A DNA stretch of 64,000 nucleotides, taken from NCBI GenBank assembly GCA_047967505.1, contig CM106538.1, one strand, 5' to 3'. Origin of the DNA: Dipteris shenzhenensis. Taxonomy: Eukaryota. The position numbers were made by a program, and so were the translations under genes. Below the pieces are notes generated by a model, which did not search any database, was not told the origin of the DNA, and saw only the letters and a list, made by a program, of their open reading frames with translations. Below are positions 1 to 12,790 of this stretch, piece after piece (within the stretch, counting starts at the first letter, position 1; each line of letters begins with the position of its first letter).

Positions 1-1
1 T

Positions 2-547
2 TTTGGTGCTAGCTCTCACATCTCAAAATTGTCACTTAAGATTGCTTTCTTTGAATTGAAGATGGTTAGTGGCACTCCTTTGGCTACCCATGTCAATTAC
101 ATGCGGAGTCTCATGACTCAACTTGCTTCTATCAACTCTCTTATCACTACAGATGATGCAATGGCAGTGTTGCTCAAGAGTATGCCTGAAGATTATGATC
201 ATGTTGTTACCACTTTGAAAAATCTTCCTAATCCTAATCTTGAAGGTCTTATCTCTGCTCTTCAAGAAGAAGAAAGGCACATGGAACTCCGGAAAGGCAA
301 TGACATAACCTATGCCATAAAAATCCAGAAGGGCAAGTTTTCACCTTGCAATCATTGTGGGAAGACTAATCACCTCTCAAGAGACTGCTTCAAGATCAAT
401 CCATGCAAACACTGTGGCAAAAACAATCATCATGAAAAGTTTTGTAGAGCCAAAAAGGAAGCAACTTCAAAGTCAGAAACTCCCAATCTACTTTCAGTTG
501 ATGTGCCTCCACAAGATGAGGCATCCTATGAAGATTATGCTTTTTGA
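2..547 (+). CDS. gag: Copia-type Gag, C-terminal part with two CCHC zinc knuckles
   Basis: Open from the window edge. Knuckles CNHCGKTNHLSRDC and CKHCGKNNHHEKFC; Gag-like segment LLKSMPEDYDHVVTTL; ends YEDYAF*. Confidence 0.85.
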   Translation, partial: FGASSHISKLSLKIAFFELKMVSGTPLATHVNYMRSLMTQLASINSLITTDDAMAVLLKSMPEDYDHVVTTLKNLPNPNLEGLISALQEEERHMELRKGNDITYAIKIQKGKFSPCNHCGKTNHLSRDCFKINPCKHCGKNNHHEKFCRAKKEATSKSETPNLLSVDVPPQDEASYEDYAF

Positions 548-919
548 ATCATCTCCATGTATGCTCCAGATCTCTCTTTTTGTTGAGTCAAGGTACTCAG
601 CCTAGATAGTCCTCCAAAATGAATGAAATAAACTATTGTGTGTTTTGTAAACACCTCTGGTCACCATATGATGTAGGCCATGTGTATGTGTTTTTGCTCC
701 ATGGTACCTCCTGCAGACATTGTATGCATGTACATGCAGGGGAGATAACCATTGGAAGGTCTTTTGTATCCCTTTTGTTTACTTCACACCCTTGGGAACC
801 CCTTGCTAGCATGAGAACCTAGCCATAGATTTATCCTTGACCACCATGAGATGGCATGAGAAACTATGAGACTAGATGTATCCTTGACATAGCTTGAGGC
901 ATTCCCTTGAGGGGGGGTA

Positions 920-1208
920 TGATGGGATATCTCAAGGTGTATGCCCCAGGCACACCTTGGTTTCTATGTGTGTGTGCTAGAGGCACAGTTAGGTGCCCAT
1001 AAGCACTGTTAGGTGGTGGTAGAAGCCACATAGGATGATTGAGAGAATCTAGGAGCAGATTGAGGAGATGATTGTGGAGCTCAGAGGTCATCAGTGATGT
1101 CAGTGATCATGTGAGAGGTGCCTACTTAAGGACCTCACCTTTCTTCATTCCATATGCAAGAATTCTCAGTTTGTGTTCACTCCATGCTTTCCTTTCAGTT
1201 TACCAACA
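920..1208 (+). repeat. 3' LTR of gag-only copy A
   Basis: TGATGGG...ACCAACA directly after the PPT; roughly 90% similar by eye to the LTRs at 52607-52894 and 54953-55240 (reverse strand). Confidence 0.9.
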
Positions 1209-2126
1209 GGACTTCCTCGAGGGAGAGACACTAGGAGACCCAGAGAGTGCCCCGGGATGTTCGCTCCAGGTTTTGGACGCGATTGTGGTCCAACTTGCGA
1301 CCGAGGAAGATTTCTTACTTCTTTTGGCTGGCAGCCCACGAAGGGTTGCCCATCGGCCCGTAGTTGGAGCAGATGCAAATGGAGGAACAATGCCACTGCT
1401 GCTCAAATAGTGTCCTAGAGACTATCCCACACTGCCTATGGAGCTGTCGTAGCGCAACGAGGATCTGGATGAGAGCCCTCAGGATTATGACACGCATGCA
1501 GAGTCTTCACAGAGACTACACCTAGGGGATGGTGGCTTAGTTGACAGAGGGAGGACACGCGTTCCAGATTGATGAGATCTCCCCAACCTACCGGATACAA
1601 GGTCAGAGCATTCAGAGGATTGTACTCCACGAGGCAGCCCCCCCTGATGCCCTAGCTCCTCCCTCCCCTAGGGAAGATAGTGTTTGGGAGGTGGTAGCCA
1701 GCATCACGGCTTAGAAAATTTGGTTGGCTCGCTGCAGTCTCGTGATGGGAGAGCACCCGGTTCCACCCTCAGCTACCTTGGTTGCCATCTGGCAGGATAT
1801 CATTTGCACTCTACGGTCCACTTAGGAGCGTGGGACTCCAAGCTCCAAGGCGACTATTGAGAGGCGTGCTCGTTTCTGCAAGGCTTGGCCTGCAGGTGTT
1901 TTCTACATTTTCACTCCGCGAGGGATTCACTGGCTGTATAGTTCCCCCACTTGGCCCCAGTTCCCAAGATCCCCTAGGCAGTGAGCTGGGCTTCTCTAGA
2001 ACAGGCCAATTTCTCTTTCAGCCTTTTTCGGTTTTTTTCATACTCAGCACCTTCGGGGCTGTTGTCTTGTATGAAATCTTTCAAGCATTAATAGAAGGTT
2101 CCTTTCTTTGAAAAAAAAAAAAAAAA
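1209..2126 (+). mobile_element. 3' end of a degenerate L1/Tx1-like LINE with poly(A) tail; probably the insertion target of copy A
   Basis: zf-RVT-like remnants (RLWSNLRPRKISYFFWLAAHEGLP; ETIPHCLWSC). The 3' end (CAAGCATTAATAGAA..CCTTT) is shared with the LINE at 39526-41727. A16 tail at 2111-2126. Confidence 0.8.
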
Positions 2127-3376
2127 GATTGAAAACCATAAACTACATGACGCATAGCAAGGACTAGCTACTATGGAAGGCTGTACCCTGTGGGAACAGT
2201 TGTTCAGGAAAGAACGTGCCTCTTCATCAAAAGGGCACAATTTTCTCACAAAAAGCTAGTGGCATGTCATCACAGAGACGTGCCTATTGGTCAAAGGACA
2301 TGACTACGCGATGCAACCCTTCAGATGCAGAGACAGTATCATTCAATTTTTCCTTCTGACTCATGAGCCTGTTTCATATTGCTTCAAGTTATGCTTAACT
2401 AAATAATAGAAAGCTCACATGACCGCATCATTACACCCCTGATGGGCGAATATTTTGAGAGCCTCAAAACATTGAAGAAAGCATGCTTCCTCCTTAACTA
2501 GGGTGTACTACAGGTCCATGACAAAGCAATCATTATTAATGGAAAAACACTTTGGAAGCCGCATGAGTAGAACCGAAGATTCAAACTGCTAGCCCTCCCA
2601 CCTCTTTTTGAGAATTGTACCATTCCTTTTGGTTCCATTTGCTTAAACAGGCTGATGTCAATTTGGTGTAACCTTTCGTGAATATAATACATTTGTCAAT
2701 TCCAGAAGGATAAGTAGAACCAAACATTAAAAGAAGACCAAACAAACCCAAATATGGAAGACAAAAGACAAAGGGAGTCACATATTTGCTCACCAGAGCT
2801 GCAAGCGCACTGTCCTATCCTCCAGGTACATAGTTTTGGACAAAAAGTCTATGCCAATTGTTGCCTGCATTACCCAAACACACATTTGATGATTGCAGAG
2901 CTCGAACAGTCTATCAATTTTCTCTTTCACATCCCCCCCCCCCCAAAAAAAAAAAAAAAACATTTGTGCCAGGAGGCATAAACCAAAAGAACCAGTTAGC
3001 AGTCAGTGCCAGTGTCATCAACTACTATTGTATGATGTAACTTTCTAAACAACCCAAGACAAAAGCAATAATCCACTGTGCCAAGGAAAGACTTAACTGG
3101 CTGGTATCTAAGGAGACAGCCTAAAGTGAGCTAATTAACTGATTGAAAAATCAATAATGTGTCCAGTCTCCATTCAAAATCAGACAAAATGACCTGAGTA
3201 TGTCAACCAGACTTGCAGTGATGAGAAATAACCGCAAGGAATAACAAATGGAAAGGGTTGATAGAGACCATGTGAAGCATATATCTATGGCTTAGTTAAA
3301 CAAAAATATGCATTTTCAATAGTACTTTGACAAACGTAGATTGATTAGCTAAACCTGAAACTTAGTGTGAAACTGT

Positions 3377-3650
3377 TGTTAAAATTATTGTTATAATTTA
3401 GCAGTGACCAATGTAATGTAATAAGTAGGTTAGGGGCACTTTTCCCTCATTTAGAGGTTTTTCCCCCTAACCACAGTTAGTTCACTAACTACGGTTAGTG
3501 AAGGATAAGGTTTTGTCACTTAGACAAAACCTATCCCTCTCTTCAATTGTAGCACACTCTTCTATTGCAACTATTGCTTTCAGCTCTCACTCTCCTACAT
3601 TCTTGCTCTCCTGCTCTCACTCTGCTCTCTCTCTCCCTCTACAACTCACA
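3377..3650 (+). repeat. Copia 5' LTR
   Basis: About 7 differences from the 3' LTR in 274 bp (manual alignment). Confidence 0.95.
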
Positions 3651-3652
3651 TT

Positions 3653-3664
3653 TGGTATTAGAGC
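3653..3664 (+). promoter_or_regulatory. Primer-binding site (tRNA-iMet type)
   Basis: TGGTATTAGAGC two nt after the LTR; one mismatch to TGGTATCAGAGC. Confidence 0.9.
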
Positions 3665-3729
3665 GGGTTGACCCTGCTCCCTGCTTCCTTGCTCGCAATC
3701 TCCCTGCTCCAAGCTCAACAGCTCGCTGC

Positions 3730-4180
3730 CCGTCCGTACAGTCTTCCGTACAAGCCGTCCCAGCTGCTGCACCGTGCAGCTTTCGTCCGTACAGCCGTAC
3801 AAGCTCACAGAGCTCTCGCTGTCCATACAGCTGTGTCTGCTCCCGTACATTTCGTACGGTATCCATACAATTCGCCGTCAGCCCGTACAGCTCGTTTACA
3901 GCCCCGTACAGTTCGCCGTCAGCCCGTACAGTTCGCCGTCAGCCTGTACAGCTCGTCGTCAGCCCATACAGCTCCCGTACATTCCATACCGTCATGCCAG
4001 CCCGAGCTGAACCTGTCCGTACACAAGAGGGTATCCGTCCATACAGCCTGACTGTACATTCCGTACAGTTTCGTACAGATCACCGTCAGATCCATACATC
4101 CGTACAGATCCGTACCTCCGTACAGATCCATACAGAAATCTCCGTACGCCCGTACGCAGGAGGGTACCCCGTCCGTACAA
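3730..4180 (+). repeat. CCGTAC-rich degenerate repeat array in the Copia leader
   Basis: About 19 CGTAC copies plus CCATAC/CTGTAC variants; 20-bp unit GCCCGTACAGTTCGCCGTCA repeated about 4 times at 3871-3970. Confidence 0.9.
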
Positions 4181-4677
4181 CAAGGGAGCTATTGGTTGGT
4201 AAATCAAATTCGAGGCAGATTTTTGCTTTGCAAGCCATTTTGTGGGCAGATTTGGACACATTTTGTGTATTGGGAATTTTGTCAAACTTGGGGATTTTGC
4301 ATTTGTTGCAGAGATTGCAAAAATTTGGGGCTTTTGCAATCACACTGCAATTTTGCAGTGAAATTTGGGACTTTTGCAGGCAGAGAGCAATTTGTGCAAC
4401 ATTTGGGGCTTTCAGACCATTTGCCCCTTTCTGGTTGCAATTTCAAGCCACAAATTGGGGCTTTTGTGTTGGGAGAGCAATTTTGCAGGTTTCAGTTCAC
4501 ACTGCCTTTCTGTGAGTGTTTTGAAGCACTTTTGGCAGGTTTTGGGATCTGACAAAGGCATCACAGAGATTTGAGTTGCATTTTTAGCCAGTGTTTGGCT
4601 GTATTGTTTGGGAATTGTGCACTCCATTCCCAACAAGGGAATTCAGATTTGCATTTGCTGTATTTTCTTTCTCAGAC

Positions 4678-7600
4678 ATGGCCTAGCAAAATCAGAATGA
4701 TTTCCAGTTCAATGGTCTCTCACAAGAGGATAAGCTGGATGGTACCAACTACTCCCTCTGGAGTTTTATGGTACCCAATATTCTGATTTCCCGTAATTTG
4801 TGGGACTATGTAAATGGGGATGAGATCCGGCCAGCAAATGTGGCACCTAATACCCCTCCCCAGCAAGGAGGAGGCAGAGGTCGTGCACAGGGTACAGCTG
4901 CAGCACAAGTTATTGGTGCAGTTATACCTACCACTCCAAAGCAAAAGAGATGGGATTCACGTGATGCTTTAGCTTTGTCATGTATTTCTCTTTCAGTGAA
5001 AAGATTCATCATTCCGCATATCCGGTCGTGTAAGACCTCAAAGGCAGCATGGGATATTTTGGAGAGCATGTATGCAGCTCGGAATGATGCCAGGGTGTCT
5101 TTTTTGAAAAGAGAATTGTCTCATGCACATATGGAAGAGGGTGACTCCATGTCAGTGCACCTCACAAAGCTACAGGATTTACGAGAGCAATTGCTGAATA
5201 TTGATGAGATCATTCCTGATTCAGAGATGATTACCACTACTCTGAATTCTCTTCCTGAGTCTTATCTCAGCTTTCATACCTCACTGAATTTGTCATTGAG
5301 GGGGGGTGCAATCCTCTCAATTTTCACGAGTTGATAGGACTTCTATTGCAGGAAGAGCAGACCAGGAAAAACATGGCTTCACGAGCAGGTGAACATGCCT
5401 TCTCTAAAGGCTAAGGGTGATGCAGGTAAGCCCAAGAAGAAGGGAATATGTCATTACTGCAAAAAGCCAGGTCACTACATTGGAGAATGCAAGAAAAGGC
5501 TTGCAAAAGAAAAGAAAAACAGCTCCGGTATGGCTGTTTCAGATTCAGCTCCTCATACATCTGACAATGAGCAAGCTACAGCCAACTTTGTGGAGCACGA
5601 CTATGCCTTCTTGACTTGCATTTCAGACTCTCAATTGGCTGCTCCGGATACTACAGCCACTTGTAATGATGACTCTTATGCTTTTCTGACATGCAGTTAT
5701 GATTCTTCCAAGGATGCATCAGCTTTCAGTGTCAATGAGACACAAAATACATGGTATTTTGATAGCGGTGCCTCAAAGCATATCACTTCCAAGAAGTGTC
5801 TTTTCACATCTCTGCATCCACCACCCGTTGGTAAAAAGGTCACATGTGCCAACAACTCCTCCTATTCAGTTCGTGGTACAGGAGAAGTTGAACTTACAGC
5901 CATTGATGGCTCAACATTCAAAATTTCTGATGTCTTGTATGTGCCTGGTATCACAAAAAATCTACTTTCCGTGTCCACTCTTAACATAGCTGGATTTCAG
6001 GTCATTTTTGAAGATGACAAGTGTGCAGTTCATGACAGAGAGAATGACTATGCCTTGAGATTGTCTGGCACTTTGTTACGTGGTCTTTTTCAGCTTAGAC
6101 ATGTATGAGAAAAGACCAGCACATGCTCTTGCAGTTTCCACTCCTATTGCTGCTATGCAGAATGCGGAGTTATGGCATGCCAGATATGGACACATGCATT
6201 ATGGCAACTTGATGACACTTCAAAAACATGCTATGGTTGATGCATTGCCTACTCTTGAAACACCTCCTCCACATGCCTGTGAAGGGTGCATTCTTGGTAA
6301 AATGCACAAATTTCCTTTCAAGAAGGATGGATCAGTAAAAGCTGTTCGAAAATTACAGCTTATCCATAGTGATGTCTGTGGTCCCATGAGGACTCCATCA
6401 TTGGGTGGTCATCTTTACTTTGTCACTTTTATAGATGACTACTCCAACTACACTTGGGTTTATGGGCTGAAACGCAAATCAGAAGTGTTTATGGTTTTCA
6501 AACACTTTGCAGCCATGGTTGAAAATGAATCAGGACTCAAGATACAGACATTACACACAGATAGAGGAGGGGAGTATTTGTCTGCAGATTTTGATGCATT
6601 TTTGAAAGACAAGGGCATTGCACATCAGCTTATAGTGAGGCTAACTCCTCAGCAAAATGGCAAAGCTGAGAGGAAAAATCGTATTCTTATGGAGATGGAT
6701 AGATGCATGCTAAAAAGCAAAAAATTGCCTCACAGATTTTGGCTTGAAGGTCTCATGTGTGCCAATTATGTTTTGAATCCCACAAAAGCTTTGAAGACCA
6801 AGACTCCCTATGAAGTTTGGCAAGGGAGAAAGCCTTCTGTGGATAATTTTCGTGTTTTTGGATGCCTTGCATATGCTCATGTGCCCGTTGAGTTTCGGCA
6901 TAAATTGTCTGATAAGGCAATCAAATGCATTTTTGTTGGGTACAGTGCAGAGAGCAAGGGCTACCGTCTCTACAATCCTGTCACACGCAAGATTATTGTC
7001 AGTAGAGATGTTATATTTTCAGAAAATTCAGCTTACACTCAAGCTGAATTTGATTTGCCTACTTCTTTCGATGATGTCTTTGAGGGATTACTACCCATTG
7101 CCTTGGTTCCCCTGCTGATATATCTGATGCAAATCAAAATTTTCAGATACCTCCACATGCTCCGATTCAGCCACAGGATGTCTTACCACCTCCACAAGCA
7201 GTGGAAGAGGTTGTTCAGCAAGAAATTGCAGATATGCATGCAGCAAAAACAGTCCCAAATTGGCTGTTACAAACTCTCAGGGAGAGTAAAATTGATGCTC
7301 CATTACCTGGCAGAACTCGGAGTGCAGTAAGGCATGGGGGGGGAGCTCTTTCAGTTGAATCAGCTTATGCACGTACTCTTCTTGATGAGGAGGAGCCTGA
7401 GACATTTGAAGAGGCACAGGATAATGTTCATTGGATGAATGCCATGCACGATGAATTGCAGTCCATTCAGAAAAATCAGACATGGGAGGTTGTCGATTTG
7501 CCACCAGGTAAACATGCCATAGGTACACGGTGGGTTTTCAAGGTCAAAAGAAAGCCAGATGGGTCCATTGATCGGTACAAGGCAAGGCTGGTTGCAAAAG

Positions 7601-8923
7601 GATATGCTCGAAAAAAGGGCATAGACTATGAGGAGACTTTTGCTCCTACATCCAGAATGACAACCATCCAGTCAGTTATAGCCATGGCTGCAAACTTTGA
7701 ATGGAATGTTCATCAGTTGGACATTAAAACAGCTTTCCTTAATGGAGACTTGTTGGAAGAGGTTTATGTCAAACAACCTCTAGGCTTTGAAATTTCAGGA
7801 AATGCACTTCCTGTATGCAAGCTGAATAAAGCTTTGTATGGGCTGAAACAAGCTCCACGTGCATGGTATGCCAAAATTCATGCCTTTCTGACCAGCAAGG
7901 GGCTGCACAATAGTCCAACTGAGAGCACCCTCTACATCAAGAAGGATGGGGGGGATATTTTAGTCATCATTCTTTATGTAGATGACTTACTCTCACAAGG
8001 TCAAATGAAGATAATATTGCAGATTTTAAAGCTGAATTGCAGACCACTTTTAACATGTCAGATTTGGGGCTGCTACACTTTTATTTGGGGATCCAGTTCA
8101 CTCAAGAGAAAAGTGGCATCGTTATGTCTCAATCCAAGTATGTGCAGAAACTCTTGGACAGATTCGACATGCAGGATTGTAAGCCCATAGCTACTCCCAT
8201 GGAGCTAGGGCTGAAGCTTACAATGCATGATGCAGGTGAATCAATTGATGTCACACTCTACAGTCAGGCTGTTGGATGCCTTATTTATCTCTGCAATACA
8301 CGACCTGATATTCAGTTTGCAGTTTCTCAGGTGAGCAGATATATGCACAGCCCAAAGACTATGCATTGGCAGGCTGTAAAACGCATCTTCCGTTATTTGC
8401 AAGGTACCAAGTCTTTTGGCTTGATGTTTCCCAGGGGGGTGACTTGCAGATGCATGCCTACAGTGACTCAGATTGGGCTGGAGGCTATGACACTAGGCAG
8501 TCCACAAGTAGCAATTGTTTCTTTTTGGGCAAAGCGTGTATTTCTTGGTTAAGCAAGAAACAATCTACAGTGGCTACCTCTTCATGTGAAGCTGAGTACA
8601 GGGCAGCTTTCACAGCGACAGTTGAATGTGTTTGGCTGCATCGTTTATTTGCTGATCTTCATCTTTCATTGGAGGGTCCTCCTCCAATTCTCACTGATAG
8701 TCAGAAAGCTATTGCAGTGGCAAAGAATCCTGTGTTTCATGCTCGCACGAAGCACATTGAGGTTCACTATCAGTGCGTCAGAGAGACGTTGCATGCAGGA
8801 GAGATCAGTATGATCTATGTGTCAACACATGACAATGTTGCAGACATTTTCACCAAAGCACTTCCACGTGAAAAGTTTGAGGCATTTCGCAGTGCCCTGA
8901 ACTTATCTCCTTTTGGTGATTGA
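4678..8923 (+). pseudogene. Copia gag-pol, disrupted
   Basis: ATG at 4678 with a TAG at codon 3, then KLDGTNY..W; CHYCKKPGHYIGEC; protease WYFDSGASKH; integrase CEGC, HSDVCGP, TDRGGEY, QQNGKAER; RT YVDD; RNase H SDSDWAG, KHIEVHY. Frameshifts near 5310, 6100, 7100, 7990 and 8430. Confidence 0.95.
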
Positions 8924-8960
8924 TCATTTCCTTGTACATGACATTGGCACTGCAGGGGGG

Positions 8961-9234
8961 TGTTAGAATTATTGTTATAATTTAGCTGTGACCAAAGTAA
9001 TGTAATAAGTAGGTTAGGAGCACTTTTCCCTCATTTAGAGGTTTTCCCCCCTAACCACAGTTAGTTCACTAACTACGGTTAGTGAAGGATAAGGTTTTGT
9101 CACTTAGACAAAACCTATCCCTCTCTTCAGTTGTAGCACACTCTTCCATTGCAACTATTGCTTTCAGCTCTCACTCTCCTACATTCTTGCTCTCCTGCTC
9201 TCACTCTGCTCTCTCTCTCCCTCTACAACTCACA
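8961..9234 (+). repeat. Copia 3' LTR
   Basis: Follows the PPT, ends ACTCACA and is followed by the TSD. Confidence 0.95.
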
Positions 9235-12189
9235 ACTGTTCACAGAGAAAAGCCTCAAAGCCTACAGGGACTGAGCTGAGGGGTGCCTTGAAGACTATTA
9301 GAAACATGTGACACCCTTCAGCTGACTATTGTCGTGATGCTTTAGAGCATAAAATCATCAAAGAGAGCTTGTCCACACCTTGCACTCCATTCTTCAAATT
9401 CCCACTGCACCATCATATCCAAATGGATCCAAAACGCAGCTTAGTTCCTACTAGTTGGGGTAGAAGACAAGGAGCTATGTGGAGAAGCTAAGGAGATGTA
9501 GAAGGTCACCACTGGCATAGAGACGAAGACATACGACAATCACTAGCCAAAAACTGACACCACCAGATCCAAAGAAGTAAAAGAGGTGGAAGACAGGGAT
9601 GCTGAAGCGCTCTCACTTAGCATCAAGACAATGGAAAACTCAGAGATTCCTCACATTAAACTTGGAGGGAACACCTTCGAAGCATAGAATATCTTATCAT
9701 TTATGGAATACATATGAGGCGAGCAATTGTGCATGCATGCCCAACCTCCATAACGGATTGCATATATTGAGAATGATAACTTGGAAGTTGGTACATCTCC
9801 ACACCAGTAAGGTGACGATAATCAGGGACCGGCTGGCTGTGGTTGGCTACACCAACGCATAATTCAAAACCTTCACTAGCATCTTGGAATCTCGCCATGA
9901 GATGTCTCGGCTTCTCTCCTTTCTACCTCGGTCCTCAAATGAGTGAAGGAGAAACGATAAGTGTGTAAATGTCAAAATGACAGCGGGTGCAACTCTGTAG
10001 TGCCCTCATCCATTACATATCATGGCTCCTCTAACCGAAAAGCACCCCCATCCAGCTGACCCCTACTAACTTAGCCTTCCTGTTCTTTATTACAAAGTGG
10101 CTCTTGCAATTTCAAGAGTCAAGATTCCCTCATGAAGGCTGGCTTGTTACTGTTACCACAATTGCCAACTCGAACTTAATCTAACCATGCAAGAATCAAC
10201 CAATTGAAACAACATAACCAGTCATATGTGGATGAAGAGAAAAGCAAGCAGAGATGGTATTGGCATTAGACAGAATCACAAAGTACACATCCGCGACCGG
10301 AAAGTGGAGCAGGAGCTTATGACAATTGTCAGAAGCCCAGAAGAACCAAAGGAAAAGTTACAGAGGAGGGGACTACCAAGGTGTATTGAGTCACAGAGCC
10401 ATGTAGAAACCAGAATCTACATGAAAGACACAACATTTCTAAAGGTGCAACCTCTATAGTAACTTTAACACAAGGAGGAGTAGAACAAGATAAGGAGAAG
10501 AGGTATGACCCTGATGCAAGCAACAAACCCCTATTCATCCAAAACACAGTGCAAACTCTTAACTGCAAGAACAAAAAGACCAAGATATTGAAGAGAGAGA
10601 TGACGCCAATGCTACAACACCCAAAACCTGGACACACAAAAGTGCGAACATGCTGCACTGGCTTTTAGTTAGATTGGCCTTTCCAACAATAATTATTTGG
10701 AAAAATGTAAATATCATCTTTCCTGTCTGATTATAATCAGAAAGGACCCACTACCCAGGTCAACAAAAAACCACCCTTAAAGCTTCCAAACAATACAGGC
10801 CTAAAATTTGACGTCCAGACCACTATATTAAACTTACAACTTGCAGGCAGCAAATGTGGGAAGGCAGGAGAGGAAGAGGTATGTCCCTAGCTTTGAAAGC
10901 TAAGACAAGACCTTAGTAATCCTACATCTCATAGGCAGCCCATAGGTCCAAAAATTGGGACCTTTTGGTAAACCCTCTAAGCAGATCATATCAGAAATCG
11001 TAATAGGATTTGCAAACAATGAGAGGAATAGTACATTGTTCACCCACTATTTAGGGTCAACATCCTCTGCGCTGTTAAAGACAGTTACTATAGTTATCAT
11101 GTGCTCTTGTAAATCCTTCACACTTCTGGAGTCGTTTTTATCTCTGACCTGTGACTAACCCTAATTCGACTACTCAGATCATCATACTCTGCTGAGTGTA
11201 CTATGTGTACACTTTTCCTCTCACTTCTTCTCATTGCAAAGACTCAACAGCTAAACGTCCAAATGAGGTGACAAACCATACCGGTCATATTAAATGGTTG
11301 TTTATGGCAAGGAATGATGCATAAATCATTGCAACACATACGTTGCTGCATTTCACTCAACTAAGGTCCAATGCTTGAACTTTCACAAAAATCAAACATC
11401 AATTCTTAAGAATATACCTTCATAAGACTAGAATATATCCAATCTTACAAATTAAAATTCTTATATAACAAGCATAAGGTAGCTGCTGGGGCATACTCAC
11501 CCTCAAAAGATAAATCATTGAAGCACAGCAGCTGGCCACCACTTGGACAAAAGATCGTAAAGAACTGCATGTCCGCTAAGATGACAGAAAAATATAGACT
11601 ATATCCAATCTTACAAATTATAGAACAAGCATCATTTAGTTAAGAACACAAGTCTCCCCGTCTCCTATGCTGCATTGCACCATCTAGACCGGCACGGCGA
11701 TGTGCTAATTCGGATCCACTCATTTTGCATGAGAGGACTCAGAATGACCAGAACAAAAGCATAAGCGGCAAACTCATGCCGTGCACATCCTAGCTTTCTA
11801 GAGTGACGGCCAGAAAGCAAGTGGAGAAGGAAGATTCAATAAGGGAAGTGTGTCATTTTGTCAAATCTAAGGAATTCCTCACGAGCATACCATGGCTCCA
11901 CATTGATGTTTACAGCAAGACGTACAAAATGTCATGGAGATCGTTGCTCCAGGTAGCTTGAGTTATTAAAGCGAACATTTATATGGCGCGGATAGGAGCA
12001 CTAGCCTAAGGAAGCAGATCGGATAGTAAAGGTTGATCGCAAGTAGCTAACGACATAAAACGCACCAATCAGGCTGTTAATCGGTTTAGAAATGTACTAC
12101 TGGAAATCCAAGCACTTCATGGCCTCAGGTTTCCCAACAACCACAAAGAGAGTAGAGAAGGCGGAAAAGACGGATCTCCCCTCGACTCA

Positions 12190-12790
<601 letters not shown>

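Larger units (their letters stand above)
1..1208 (+). mobile_element. Gag-only LTR retroelement (TR-GAG-like), copy A; 5' part outside the window
   Basis: Gag ORF ends at 547, followed by about 360 bp non-coding, a PPT (GAGGGGGGG 909-917) and a TG..CA LTR. No pol. Colinear with the complete copy at 52607-55240. Confidence 0.9.
3377..9234 (+). mobile_element. Full-length Ty1/Copia LTR retrotransposon (5.86 kb), inside the RabH1 intron and antisense to it
   Basis: Two 274-bp TG..CA LTRs, perfect 5-bp TSD ACTGT (3372-3376 / 9235-9239), PBS, PPT AGGGGGG (8954-8960), domain order GAG-PR-INT-RT-RH. Confidence 0.97.

Noticed and set aside
3871-3970. CRISPR-like short repeats (also 28243-28389 and 30508-30630)
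   Set aside because: Head-to-tail repeats without unique spacers, no cas genes, eukaryotic context.
3565-4515. 316-aa ORF and overlapping ORFs
   Set aside because: Spans the LTR, PBS and CCGTAC array, has a non-ATG start, and is stop-free because of repeat composition.
9240-11200. Short ORFs in the RabH1 intron
   Set aside because: No recognisable domain; probably very old TE debris that I cannot assign.
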